A stretch of 64,000 bases of DNA from Candidatus Thorarchaeota archaeon (GCA_016839275.1 JAEOUM010000025.1:895-64894); one strand, 5' to 3'; positions 9,233 to 19,348 are shown, counted from the first letter of the stretch. Notes: a model not told the origin generated them from the letters alone. Numbers and translations: made by a program.

Positions 9233-10489
9233 ATGAAACCCCAGGACCTTGGTGATGGTCTCGTAATACGGAACGCATCCAGAGAGGACATTCCAGCACT
9301 ACTGGAGCACTTCAAGATTGTCCACGGAGAAGGTGTAACAGACCAGCTTAGAGCGATGCTTGAGCGCTATCCCCGATTCAGCTGGGAGGACAGTTTCATC
9401 ATCGAGAATTCCAACTCGGGAGAGGTTGTATCCTGTGTGATCCTCTTGGAGAATGCATGGGTCCTCGATGAAATCCAAGTCCCATCTGTCGAGATGGAAG
9501 CAGTAGGAACCCTGAACTCTCATAGAAATAGAGGACATATTCGTTTGCTCAATGATAAGTTCGAGGAACGTGCAAGTCAACGTCATCCGATGATTCAGAC
9601 TATTGCAGGGATACCCCATTTCTACCGTAACTTCGGGTATGAGTATGCAGCGCACCTAGGTGGTGGCTACACCGTCAATCCCAGTCTCATACCAAGGCTG
9701 CCTGATGGAGAGGATGAACCAATCACCTTCAAACCTGTAAAATCTGAGAACTTCAAAGAGTTTCTCAGGTATCGAGAAGCGCATCTACCCAGGAGAACAT
9801 GGATACGAAAGATACGACCAGAAGATGCAGCATACCTCATTTATGAAACAACTTCTCCCAAGCAAGAGGCATTCTACTTCTACTTGGTGAAGGAGAAGCA
9901 AAAGACGGTAGGTGTGTTTTACCTTGCACGCTGGGAGAATAGGCTGGATGTCGTGGAGCTATACCTAGACAATCATAAATATGTGGATGCAGTCCTTCGC
10001 TTTGCACTTGCGAGGGCTCAGGAGTGGAACGATATTCCCGTTAGGGTAGCACAACCAAATCAGAAGCGAATCAGGGAATATTTGAGTGCAAGGACTCAGG
10101 TGTGGGAAATTGCACCATATGCCTGGTACATCAAGATCCCATCAGTACCACGCTTCATGGAGACCATTAGTCCTCTCTTCGCAGACCGCCTGAGGGACAC
10201 CGAGTTTCAACATTTTACTGGGGAATTAACAATCACGACCTACAAGGAAGGATTCTTGCTCACCTTTGAGAACGGCGCGTTCAAGGGAGTGACTGAGAAG
10301 GAGGAGAGGAATCCCAGAGACTATGACCTCAGAGTACCTTTGGGCTCCCTCACACGACTCCTGATGGGATACGAAACTCTTGATGAGCTTATGACCCATG
10401 AACCGGATGTACAGTGCGCTGCAACTTTGAAGCCATTCGTGAGAGTTCTCTTTCCAAAACTGGAGGCAGTAGTGGATCCCTACTACTGA
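9233..10489 (+). CDS. Eis-like GNAT acetyltransferase with C-terminal SCP2-like domain
   Basis: N-terminal GNAT core (VEMEAVGTLNSHRNRGHIRLLNDKFEERA). 418-aa three-domain size and a C-terminal LTRLLMGYETLDELM block, as in Eis-type enzymes. Confidence 0.6.
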   Translation: MKPQDLGDGLVIRNASREDIPALLEHFKIVHGEGVTDQLRAMLERYPRFSWEDSFIIENSNSGEVVSCVILLENAWVLDEIQVPSVEMEAVGTLNSHRNRGHIRLLNDKFEERASQRHPMIQTIAGIPHFYRNFGYEYAAHLGGGYTVNPSLIPRLPDGEDEPITFKPVKSENFKEFLRYREAHLPRRTWIRKIRPEDAAYLIYETTSPKQEAFYFYLVKEKQKTVGVFYLARWENRLDVVELYLDNHKYVDAVLRFALARAQEWNDIPVRVAQPNQKRIREYLSARTQVWEIAPYAWYIKIPSVPRFMETISPLFADRLRDTEFQHFTGELTITTYKEGFLLTFENGAFKGVTEKEERNPRDYDLRVPLGSLTRLLMGYETLDELMTHEPDVQCAATLKPFVRVLFPKLEAVVDPYY

Positions 10490-10609
10490 GATTTGTGTTC
10501 ATAATGCTTGAAATGTCTGGATATATGGAACACGTGTTCCAACTATCATAGGATTGCTGTGAAAAATGCGCAGTTAATATACCAACATACCTGACGAATC
10601 TAGGGAGTT

Positions 10610-12253
10610 ATGATGGAGAAGGCAACAATACAGAACCTTGTATCGAGGCGACATTACGCAGAACTAGAGAACTGCGCGGATGAGTACATCCAATCAGACG
10701 ATTGGACAGGGTTCATAAGCCAAGTCAAGCACACACGTTCTTCTGGCAAGGCTCGGGATGCTGTAGTGGCCCTCTTGGAGCTAGAGGCTGTGGCAGGTAC
10801 TGACTCTGATGTTTTCAAGGAGTTCTCGTCACTGGAAGGTACCTCATTACAACAAATCAGGGTGAGTGCTATTGAGCGAGCGATGGACCTTCTAAAGGAA
10901 CAGATTGAGAACAGACATACCTACTTCCTAGATGTAGAAACTATGGCAGAGACCCCATATGCTATCCTTGTCGGGAACATCATAGAGGCACGAAAACGCG
11001 AGCTTTCCCAATTGGAGGGGACTCCCTCACGGCTTGATGTGTTGGGAACCTTTTACGGGTTCACAATCCTCATGACCGATGGCTCTAAGCCCTATGATGC
11101 CTCTAGTACGAGCACGCAGAGGTATGGTCATCGTTACTACTATCGACAACGCAGATCTTGGCTTGATGAGAGCATAAATGATACTGCGGTCAATGCAATA
11201 AAGCAACTCACGGGAGACCTCGCACAACCAATAGAGATGGACAAGACATACCGGACTATTGGAAGCAGTTCCATCTTCAAGATGCGATGTCAGAAGGACA
11301 CTGCCGCCATTCTCGCAGATGCTGTCCGGCTTGCTCTTTACAAGGTCCCAGGCAATAGGGGAGCTGCAGCTCGTGCTCTGGGTCGAACCGAGGACGCACG
11401 TGCCCTAGAGTTTCTCCATCATCGTCTTGAAATGGAGCAGAATAGATATGTCAGAACCTCAATAGTAACTGCGCTTGGTAGAATAGGTCATGAGTCATCG
11501 ATTGACCCTCTAGAGAGTTTAGCTCAGCATCAGACTCGTCGCTACTCATCAAAGGAGTCCATTGCAGCAGTTAACGCTCTAGGGGATATTGACTCACCTC
11601 ATGTCAGAAGTGTTCTTCTTGGATTATTGAAGGATGGCAAGAATGAGGTGAAAGCATGCGCTATTCAAGCCATTTCACGACAGGGTTCGTCGGGACTGGT
11701 AGACATCATCAGTCCCTATCTCAAACATACTAGTAGACCTGTGGTGAGGTCAAGTGTCACTGCGTTGCTAGAGATAGGTGGTGAAGGAGAGGAAGCTGTC
11801 AAGCTTGCTGTGCCAATGATTCTGTCCCGCTTGGGAAATGATAGAGGCTCAAAGGAAGTACTCACAAAGATGCTTGAGATATCAGGAATTGGTAAAATGA
11901 GCTTGGTACAGGACTATTTCGCAAAGAAGATACACAAGCTCACTTCTAACGTGAAACGATGGCAAACAAGCGCTAGTAGAACCTCCTATTCCTATTACTG
12001 GAATCGCAGAGAAAGAAGAGCACGAATCGAACTCGAGTGGTGGCTCGATCTAGTATCAAGACGCCTCCATCCTCCGTTTTCAGAAGAATTGGTAAGATGC
12101 ACCAGATCATTGTTTTTGTCAGTGAACGACACAGGCGTGCTCTCCACAATACTCTCTAAGAGCCCTCTTGCTGAAGAGATAAGACTTCGAAGGTTTCAAT
12201 CAATTCATCGCAGACCATCTGGGTCACCCAATGAGCCAGACTACTTCGTCTAG
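10610..12253 (+). CDS. HEAT-repeat protein
   Basis: Repeated units of the PBS-lyase/HEAT type: AARALGRTEDARALEFL, VRTSIVTALGRIGHESSIDPL, AAVNALGDIDSPHVRSVL, VKACAIQAISRQGSSGLV, VRSSVTALLEIGGEG. Confidence 0.7.
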   Translation: MMEKATIQNLVSRRHYAELENCADEYIQSDDWTGFISQVKHTRSSGKARDAVVALLELEAVAGTDSDVFKEFSSLEGTSLQQIRVSAIERAMDLLKEQIENRHTYFLDVETMAETPYAILVGNIIEARKRELSQLEGTPSRLDVLGTFYGFTILMTDGSKPYDASSTSTQRYGHRYYYRQRRSWLDESINDTAVNAIKQLTGDLAQPIEMDKTYRTIGSSSIFKMRCQKDTAAILADAVRLALYKVPGNRGAAARALGRTEDARALEFLHHRLEMEQNRYVRTSIVTALGRIGHESSIDPLESLAQHQTRRYSSKESIAAVNALGDIDSPHVRSVLLGLLKDGKNEVKACAIQAISRQGSSGLVDIISPYLKHTSRPVVRSSVTALLEIGGEGEEAVKLAVPMILSRLGNDRGSKEVLTKMLEISGIGKMSLVQDYFAKKIHKLTSNVKRWQTSASRTSYSYYWNRRERRARIELEWWLDLVSRRLHPPFSEELVRCTRSLFLSVNDTGVLSTILSKSPLAEEIRLRRFQSIHRRPSGSPNEPDYFV

Positions 12254-12366
12254 GAACATATCCTCATCTCTTTGCAGAAGTGACAATCATCATGCCCACC
12301 TGTCTATACTGATAAGTAAGAAAAGGAGCGCAATGCAATAGGTATACTCGTTGGAGTTGTGGTATT

Positions 12367-12684
12367 GTGGTTAAAATAAGCCCCTTCGTCAAACTGCTCA
12401 GAGGCGAATATGAACTCACTGTAATCCTCCTGCTTGCCAGGCTCAAAGGAAGGGCAAGAGCAGATGAGATAATCAAGAAAGGTCTTGAAACAAAGACACT
12501 CCCTGCTCTGAATGGAGCCAGAGTTGCAGGTGTTCGAAAGTTTCTACTGGATAATGGACTCATTGAGATTGAAAAGGAGGGTAAGGAAATAATTCACATC
12601 CTCACAAAAAGAGGGCAGAAACTTGGTTCGCTCCTTAATTCAATCTCGGATTTTATCGTGAAAGATCTCAGGTGGGAACGCTAG
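12367..12684 (+). CDS. small winged-helix DNA-binding protein (putative)
   Basis: 105 aa. The pattern LLLARLKGRARADEIIKK...VRKFLLDNGLIEIEKEGKEIIHILTKRGQKL resembles a wHTH with a beta-hairpin wing. GTG start is uncertain. Confidence 0.45.
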   Translation: MVKISPFVKLLRGEYELTVILLLARLKGRARADEIIKKGLETKTLPALNGARVAGVRKFLLDNGLIEIEKEGKEIIHILTKRGQKLGSLLNSISDFIVKDLRWER

Positions 12685-12844
12685 AGTTCAAAGCGGAACA
12701 CAGAACATACCCATTGTATGTGTAAACAAGTCAACAAGCAAATTGATTAAACCGCGATGCATTATTTGTTCTCGTTTTCATTAGCGTAAGCTGTGCAAGG
12801 AGGGAAAACTGACGTTAACAATTCCACCAAGTTATTCATTTCCA

Positions 12845-13639
12845 TTGTTGGTGGTATTCCTTATCGTCTTGTCACTTTTCCTCTATGAACCCCTCCGAAA
12901 AAAAATACGACCGAAACATATTGCCATCCTTGCCCTTGTACCAATGCTTGTCTGCGTCCCGATATATATGATAAACAGCCAGGAGGTTTCAGCTTACTAC
13001 GAAGGAGATGTTGTGTTTAGGTGGAGAACATGGAATTTCACTATTGGTCCAAGCAACGTGGAAAGAATCGATAATGTGTCAAATATCCATTTCAAGGCAT
13101 ATGTGAACATCGTGTTTTCCTGTGAGAATAATGTGACTTTCTATCTCATTGATCGAAACATACCAGAGGTTCATCACCGAGAGGCTAATTACTCTGATGA
13201 ATCGATAGGATTCAGATTGCCATACCTATTCACAGAAACAGGAGTTCCAGCGCGATGGTCAGTCTGTTTGATGAATCCTAATCTCGATTTCGTAAATGTC
13301 AGCATTCAATCGATATGGCTTGAGGATAGCATCGAAATAGCATGGTGGAGTATCGAATACAATCTCTACTTGCCACTAGTACTTCTCTTTGGATTCTGGA
13401 TAGCATTAGGGACGCCTCTATTGGTTATTCATCGAAAGAGAGAGGAATCTCTGGAGTTCCAGATTGGGATTGTGCTCACTTTTCTTGGTACCACTCTGGG
13501 AATAGTCCTTTTCATCCTTATCCCATTCTTTCCGTCAGTTCTGTTCCCTTTAGCTGTATATTTGATATTTCTTCTAATTTTCTTCTTCAGAGGTGAGAAA
13601 AAGACAATACCTCAGAGCCCAACGGTAGATATCATATAG
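12845..13639 (+). CDS. hypothetical membrane protein
   Basis: Two N-terminal TM helices, a ~130-aa loop with N-x-S/T sequons, and three or four C-terminal TM helices. No known motif. Non-ATG start is uncertain. Confidence 0.45.
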   Translation: MLVVFLIVLSLFLYEPLRKKIRPKHIAILALVPMLVCVPIYMINSQEVSAYYEGDVVFRWRTWNFTIGPSNVERIDNVSNIHFKAYVNIVFSCENNVTFYLIDRNIPEVHHREANYSDESIGFRLPYLFTETGVPARWSVCLMNPNLDFVNVSIQSIWLEDSIEIAWWSIEYNLYLPLVLLFGFWIALGTPLLVIHRKREESLEFQIGIVLTFLGTTLGIVLFILIPFFPSVLFPLAVYLIFLLIFFFRGEKKTIPQSPTVDII

Positions 13640-13686
13640 ACATCATAGTGAAAATTCACTAGTATTGGTATAGCAATAAGACAATC

Positions 13687-14439
13687 CTATGGATGCACGA
13701 GCTCAGCCAAATAGACGGTTGTGAATAACAATAGGACTGCGACAACAAGCGTGAGAATGATATCAAGCATTCTATGCCCCGTCTTCAGGAAGGGTATGAA
13801 GAACGCAGAATCCTGCATGTATTCATTATAGGCCGTACCGTATTTTGCAGAGAGATGGTTCTCTTCCAAGACAGCCAATGCGATGTATGCAAAAAGAGTT
13901 CCAAACCATATCATAAAGGTCCATTCAGGACCTATCCAGCCAATGTCACCAAGGGTCTCTCTGAAACTTCTGCTTGTCAGATTTGTTATGAAGATGAGAA
14001 CTCCCAGATACTGAGGATGTCGCACAAGATGATAGGGACCGGAAGTAACCAGACCCTCGGGCTTTCTTATTCGCAGAAAGAGAACTGAGTAAAGGAGAAT
14101 GAGGATGCCGGTGATGGATAATATCACCTCAGGAATACGATTCCCTCCAAAGAGAAAGATATTCAGTGCTTCAAGGAAGTAGAGATTGCCTCTCTCAGTC
14201 ACTAGGGGCACCTCAACTGTCCCCAATGAGAAGAATATGACGACTAGGTAGAATAAGAATGGAAGTGTCATGAGCCCACCCCAGATGAACAGGGATGGAA
14301 CTGACTGAAAGAAGATCATCAACCATCCTGCAAAATCGAAAAATCTCTCTCGCAGGCTTTTCCTGCTCTTTTCCTCTGACGCAGTCAATTCGTTCTTGTC
14401 GTCTTCCCTTGTACTCAAACGAACTTCTTCAGTTGTCAT
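13687..14439 (-). CDS. isoprenylcysteine carboxyl methyltransferase (ICMT)/phospholipid methyltransferase family membrane protein
   Basis: GPYHLVRHPQYLGVLIF and the C-terminal LEENHLSAKYGTAYNEYM match the family signature (RHPxY ... EE..L...FG..Y..Y). Polytopic. Confidence 0.7.
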   Translation of the reverse strand: MTTEEVRLSTREDDKNELTASEEKSRKSLRERFFDFAGWLMIFFQSVPSLFIWGGLMTLPFLFYLVVIFFSLGTVEVPLVTERGNLYFLEALNIFLFGGNRIPEVILSITGILILLYSVLFLRIRKPEGLVTSGPYHLVRHPQYLGVLIFITNLTSRSFRETLGDIGWIGPEWTFMIWFGTLFAYIALAVLEENHLSAKYGTAYNEYMQDSAFFIPFLKTGHRMLDIILTLVVAVLLLFTTVYLAELVHP

Positions 14440-14587
14440 AAATTATTCACCAGGATATTCAGGCATCGAAATAGAAAAGACGTTGTCCTAGAAGCAATCA
14501 TGCGTTATGTTCTAGGTACCGAATGATATATCGGTGCGCTATCTAAGACTTTTCCAGAGGGAATTTGAAAAGATAGGATTGAGTCAC

Positions 14588-14941
14588 ATGGTAGAAGAGA
14601 GAAACAGTGATGATATCAATTCGGAGAATGACACCATTGAACAAATTGTTGTGCTCAACAACCTCATGGAAGAGCTGATGAGAGATGCATCAGCGCTGTC
14701 AAAAGATCTTATGGATGGCATAGGAGCAGTAGGGGGAGCAGCTGCAATAATGCTCACGGTGGTAATTATAGAGATAGTCTTTCTACTTGTTAATCTCTGG
14801 AGAGGAACACTTTTCATCGCTGCAAGCCTGCTTGTTATGATTCCATTACTCATCTTTGGGATTAGGATGCTACTGAAGTTCTTTGAACTACGAAGAAAAT
14901 ACGCAAGAATCTACGAGATAAACAAGGAACTTGAGAAGTGA
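14588..14941 (+). CDS. hypothetical membrane protein
   Basis: Acidic N-terminal helix followed by two TM helices and a basic tail. The stop overlaps the GTG start of the next gene. The GTG at 14534 is an alternative start. Confidence 0.45.
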   Translation: MVEERNSDDINSENDTIEQIVVLNNLMEELMRDASALSKDLMDGIGAVGGAAAIMLTVVIIEIVFLLVNLWRGTLFIAASLLVMIPLLIFGIRMLLKFFELRRKYARIYEINKELEK

Positions 14942-15249
14942 GTCCATTGTCTAGTCCGAGAGAGCCTGTTGACATTTCGTTCGACATCTTGAGTGCGATA
15001 GATGAAAATGAGAAAACAACTCGGTGGGATCTTACAAAAATTCTTGGAAATACTCGTCAGGTGTATCATTGGATTGATGATTTTCTTGTGAAGGAGAAGT
15101 TTCTGGTGGAAGAGAAGCGGGGAACTACTTCTCTCTATTCTTTGACTGACAATGGTAGACTATTGCTTACACTGCTTAGGAAAGGAGTTATCATAAAGTC
15201 AATACTGAGATTGAGTGGAAGGAGACTACGACGAGAATACAGCTCATGA
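14938..15249 (+). CDS. small winged-helix DNA-binding protein (putative)
   Basis: WDLTKILGNTRQVYHWIDDFLVKEKFLVEEKRGTTSLYSLTDNGRLLLTLL resembles a wHTH. Similar layout to the 12367-12684 product. Confidence 0.45.
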   Translation: MSPLSSPREPVDISFDILSAIDENEKTTRWDLTKILGNTRQVYHWIDDFLVKEKFLVEEKRGTTSLYSLTDNGRLLLTLLRKGVIIKSILRLSGRRLRREYSS

Positions 15250-15319
15250 GTACATCGAAGGTACATTGGGTAATCCATAAAACGCATCAGTTGATACATC
15301 CAAAAATCTCTACTAGTAT

Positions 15320-16168
15320 TTGAGATTCCAATGTGTAAAGGTGACGTTAGTGACTGTGCAACTTGACCAAGAAGCTGTCAGAGAGTTTCAGCAGAAGGTC
15401 ATGGAATGGTGGAGTGAGAATACAAGAGACCTCCCGTGGAGAAACAATCCAAGTCCCTACGAGGTCCTAGTCTCAGAAGTCATGCTGCAACAGACACAGG
15501 TCAATAGAGTAATTCCCAAGTATCTGCAGTTTCTGAGAGAATTTCCGACAGTAGAAGCCTTGGCTGTAGCAGAAATCAGACATCTTCTGACCGTATGGAG
15601 TGGGCTTGGGTACAACCGCAGAGCCCTGTGGCTACGAGAGGCAGCAAACCAGATCGTTGAGAGAGGTAAGTTCCCCCAAGAGGCTCAGGAACTGCGAGAG
15701 CTTAAGGGCATTGGACAATACACATCTCAATCCATCCTCATCTTTGCATTCAATAAAGACCTAGCAGCAGTCGATACTAATATTCGCAGAGTCATGATCG
15801 CCTCCGGTTTTGCTGCCGAAGAGATGACAGAGTGTGAGCTTCAGGAGGTGGCGGACATTCTCCTTCTGAGAGGTCGGTCGAGTGATTGGCACAATGCCTT
15901 GATGGACTACGGCTCTGAGGTGCTTTCATCAAATTTGACAGGTATTGCTCCAACATCAAAACAGCCGGTATTCAAGGGCTCAACACGACAGATTCGTGGA
16001 GCCATTATCCGGATTTTGACAGGGGTAGAATCGATGACCGCAGAGAAATTGCATTCTCAACTAGGTCTTGACTGCAAGAAGGATACGATGATTTCGGTAC
16101 TTGACCAGCTAGTATCCGAAAATCTCGTGGAGTCCCAGAGTTGTGGTGAGTATCGGATTCCTACGTGA
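15320..16168 (+). CDS. MutY-like HhH-GPD DNA glycosylase lacking the Fe-S cluster loop, with a C-terminal wHTH-like domain
   Basis: RDLPWR...PYEVLVSEVMLQQTQVNRVIPKY...WSGLGYNRRA...LKGIGQYTSQSI...VDTNIRRV match the MutY/adenine glycosylase blocks, including catalytic Glu and Asp positions. There is no Cys-x6-Cys-x2-Cys-x5-Cys. The start codon is uncertain. Confidence 0.65.
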   Translation: MRFQCVKVTLVTVQLDQEAVREFQQKVMEWWSENTRDLPWRNNPSPYEVLVSEVMLQQTQVNRVIPKYLQFLREFPTVEALAVAEIRHLLTVWSGLGYNRRALWLREAANQIVERGKFPQEAQELRELKGIGQYTSQSILIFAFNKDLAAVDTNIRRVMIASGFAAEEMTECELQEVADILLLRGRSSDWHNALMDYGSEVLSSNLTGIAPTSKQPVFKGSTRQIRGAIIRILTGVESMTAEKLHSQLGLDCKKDTMISVLDQLVSENLVESQSCGEYRIPT

Positions 16169-16176
16169 AAATTCCA

Positions 16177-17502
16177 TCAAACCTCTAACTCATCCAACTC
16201 ACGCCTTACAAACTCAAGGGTTTTGTGAATTGACTCCAAACCACCTAGATCTTGAGCTCGTAGGCTTTCTCGATACAGGGAGGTGTTTTGGAATTGATCA
16301 CCCTGCAATCCCTTCATACCGCAATAGGTGATGTGCAGTATTGCCTTCAGATACCCAATAATGAAGGACTCGATCTCTTCAGGTGTTCGTTGGTCAGCAT
16401 CCTCTCTTATTGCCAGAGGGTTACCAATTAATCGAGGTGAGATATGCCCAAGAAGAACTGGATTCTTCTGACCACTAGCAATGGCTCGGATATCAGGTTC
16501 AACGCGCTTCACAAAATCGAGATATGCAGACATTCCTTCGTCAGGGCTTTTTTTGTATTCCTTCAAGACCCCTTCAATCTCTGGAATCATCTTCGTTGCA
16601 AGATTAATAGCGAATGCTTGTAGCTCGGATTCGGACAGTTGCGAACCCTCTATTACTGAGGATGCAACAGCATCTTTGATTCCGGCTAGATTTTTCTCTC
16701 CATGCACAAAGATAATTCCCTTTTGCCCAACATCTCTCCCGTGGTCGTGGTCATCGATGAAGGATGAAGAGACCTCCCATCCAGTCAAGGCAAAAAATGA
16801 AGAGACCTCTTCCTTGGAAACACCCCATTTGAAGTGCCTTGTATAAGGCCCCCACTCTAGATCCGCAAGAGCGGGAACGCAGACATCAACAAAGAGATGG
16901 CTATCAGGCGTACTCATCTCAGATATCTCTCTTAGAAGTGAGATGACTGTTTCCCGGTCAATATAGTAGACGAGTCCTTCCAAAATCCAGAAGGTGGGGG
17001 TCTCTGAAGAGAAGCCACTTTCCAAGAGTTCTGATGTCCATGTTGGGTCTGAAAGATCAATAGGTACACGAACGAGAGAACAGAGAGGTTTCTCATTATG
17101 AAGCACCTCGTTCTTATAATGGATGATGATGGGCAGGTCCAGCTCGAATATTGAATGTGAACCCTTCTGCACAGGTTTGAAGCGATAGGCACGGGTATCC
17201 AGTCCCGCTCCGAGAAGAACTATCTGGGACTTCTTATGAACAGAACACCAAGGGATTAGTAGCTCATTCTCGACATAGTAGGAACGCACGATTGAACTAT
17301 CGCCCATTCCAGCCACACGTTTGTGTTTTTTGAAGTACTCATCCATGTTTCCAGCAAGACGTTCTGCTAATGGATCAGTAAGAAGGGGATTGGTCACCTT
17401 ACTCTCTACAGCGCGATAGTATGCATTAAGTCGAGCTGTAAAGGGCACAGCTGCGCTCACATCATCGAGCTCTTCTTGTTTCGAGCGCCGTTTCTTGGTC
17501 AT
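16177..17502 (-). CDS. SAM-dependent methyltransferase of the leucine carboxyl methyltransferase (LCMT/TIGR00027-like) family with an extra C-terminal domain
   Basis: N-terminal half has RAVESK...DPLAERL and VLLGAGLDTRAYRF, characteristic of this family. The C-terminal ~150 aa are unassigned. Confidence 0.6.
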   Translation of the reverse strand: MTKKRRSKQEELDDVSAAVPFTARLNAYYRAVESKVTNPLLTDPLAERLAGNMDEYFKKHKRVAGMGDSSIVRSYYVENELLIPWCSVHKKSQIVLLGAGLDTRAYRFKPVQKGSHSIFELDLPIIIHYKNEVLHNEKPLCSLVRVPIDLSDPTWTSELLESGFSSETPTFWILEGLVYYIDRETVISLLREISEMSTPDSHLFVDVCVPALADLEWGPYTRHFKWGVSKEEVSSFFALTGWEVSSSFIDDHDHGRDVGQKGIIFVHGEKNLAGIKDAVASSVIEGSQLSESELQAFAINLATKMIPEIEGVLKEYKKSPDEGMSAYLDFVKRVEPDIRAIASGQKNPVLLGHISPRLIGNPLAIREDADQRTPEEIESFIIGYLKAILHITYCGMKGLQGDQFQNTSLYRESLRAQDLGGLESIHKTLEFVRRELDELEV

Positions 17503-17574
17503 GTGACCACTCTCCTTTTCGAGCCATATCTATCGCTCGTGGGTGCGGTGTTCCTACTCGGATTCCTGATAGAT

Positions 17575-18372
17575 TTAATCGCTCCAGCCCTTCAGAGCAA
17601 CTTTAACAGAACGACGCATCTCCGCAGAGAATGCCGAACCAGTCTTCCGAAGGTAGATGCCTTGCCCTATGTTTTGAGCACCATCAAAAAAGCTATTTGG
17701 TTGTCCATAGTGGCTCATGAGCATGGTTTCAAAATCCTTGTTATCAACACTTGAATACTTGTCTTTAAAGTATACAAAGTGTGGGGGAAATCGAGGTGTC
17801 TTCTCACGGTCATCCCGATCTTCTCGCAAAGGATACCCAAAGCATAGAAGGGCAATGGGAAACACCCACCGAGGTAGATCAAACATCTCACGATGAGTTT
17901 CTATGTTCTCCATTACGTCTCCGATATAGCACGAGCCAATCCCTATGGACTCAGCGGCAATCACTGCGTTCTGAGCGGCTACTAGTGCATCGCAACTTGC
18001 AAGTAACAGGTCGGACTCCCGAGGTGTGACATAATCGAGACCTCGTTCTCGGCAAACATCTGGCACGCCTGAATACTCGAAGAAGTTGTACCACCTCTGC
18101 AGGTCTGCTAGGAATAATAGCACCAAAGGCGCCTTTGCAATGAAGGGCTGATTATCGCAAGTTGTGACCAACTTATCCTTCTTTTTTTGGTCTGCCACCT
18201 CGATGACTGAGTAATGCATCATATTCCCAGCTGTGGGTGCACGGAACATACCGTGTAGAATCTGTTCTTTGTGTGCCTTAGAGATAGGGCGTGAGTCATA
18301 CCCCCTCAGGGATCTCCGATTATCAAGCACGTGCAAGGTGTCGTTCATGAGAATCGCTGATGTAGAACTCAC
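17575..18372 (-). CDS. nitroreductase family protein
   Basis: RRSLRGYDSRPISKAHKEQILHGMFRAPTAGNMM is the typical N-terminal FMN-binding block (RRS.R.F ... AP[ST].N). Confidence 0.7.
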   Translation of the reverse strand: MSSTSAILMNDTLHVLDNRRSLRGYDSRPISKAHKEQILHGMFRAPTAGNMMHYSVIEVADQKKKDKLVTTCDNQPFIAKAPLVLLFLADLQRWYNFFEYSGVPDVCRERGLDYVTPRESDLLLASCDALVAAQNAVIAAESIGIGSCYIGDVMENIETHREMFDLPRWVFPIALLCFGYPLREDRDDREKTPRFPPHFVYFKDKYSSVDNKDFETMLMSHYGQPNSFFDGAQNIGQGIYLRKTGSAFSAEMRRSVKVALKGWSD

Positions 18373-18457
18373 ATAAATGGCAATCCCTTGGATGGAAGAC
18401 CTTATATGTATTCAAAATGTAATATGTAACATTATTACAAAGTTTGGGTGGATGTGA

Positions 18458-19003
18458 GTGAGCGGGACTGAAGAATGTGTTCGAGCTGTCGCGGATGCGA
18501 TTCTGCGGGGTCATCTACTTAGACTTGATGAGCCCCTGTGCTACCCAGGAATCGCGATTGTCCCTATCACAAGAGAGAGAAGTCAACAACAGGTCACGCG
18601 GTACCTTCGCATTCCAAGATCAACTCTAACGGAAAACATCCACAATGTCATTGTCGGAAGTATTCCTATGGATGCATGCGGAGTGTTCATACTGGACTCA
18701 CTCGGGGACATCATTACCTTCAAGATGCACCGAGAAGTCTACACATTCTGGGAACGTATCAGCTTTGTTGAGAAGATAGTTGCCGAAAACTATCGAAACA
18801 CTAGAAAACCTTTGAGCAAAAATGGTGCAATGGGCAGGGTTGTAGCCTTTCTTGTGCGGCTCAGGAATGAGGGATCAGAGGGTGTTCTACGAGATGAGAA
18901 GGACTATTTCGCGGTTTCATTGACGGATGCAGCAAGAGAAGGTGTCATTGGAAATCATCTTGAGTCCACTGCTGCCATCTTGTATAGCTCATCAAACAGG
19001 TAG
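18458..19003 (+). CDS. hypothetical protein
   Basis: 181-aa ORF (GTG start) with no motif I can name. The coding call rests on length and the absence of a better ORF on the other strand. Confidence 0.35.
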   Translation: MSGTEECVRAVADAILRGHLLRLDEPLCYPGIAIVPITRERSQQQVTRYLRIPRSTLTENIHNVIVGSIPMDACGVFILDSLGDIITFKMHREVYTFWERISFVEKIVAENYRNTRKPLSKNGAMGRVVAFLVRLRNEGSEGVLRDEKDYFAVSLTDAAREGVIGNHLESTAAILYSSSNR

Positions 19004-19096
19004 ATGCTGCGCGTTAATTACTCATTATAAGCTACGTTGAAGAGAAGACATATACTATTCTTGTGTTGTCGTTTTAGTGGTGTAGCTATCTTGTCA

Positions 19097-19348
19097 ATGC
19101 CAAATTTCAACTCCTTTGAAAGTGATGAGACAAGTCCGGAATATGACGCAATGAAGATGAGGAACGACTGCAGAAACACAGGAATCTATTGTGTTGTTTC
19201 ATTAGGCTTACTCATTGCTGCTGGTGCTATTACTAGCCCCGCAGTTGCAGATGCACTTCCCGGCGGTCCTGCCACTGTGTTAGTCTTAGGCATTCTCATC
19301 ATTATCTCAGTTCTGCTCCTATGCTACTGGCAGCGACCTAGAAGATAG
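19097..19348 (+). CDS. small hypothetical membrane protein
   Basis: Two predicted TM helices (IYCVVSLGLLIAAGAI; ATVLVLGILIIISVLLLCYW). ATG at 19097 preferred over the TTG at 19037. Confidence 0.35.
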   Translation: MPNFNSFESDETSPEYDAMKMRNDCRNTGIYCVVSLGLLIAAGAITSPAVADALPGGPATVLVLGILIIISVLLLCYWQRPRR

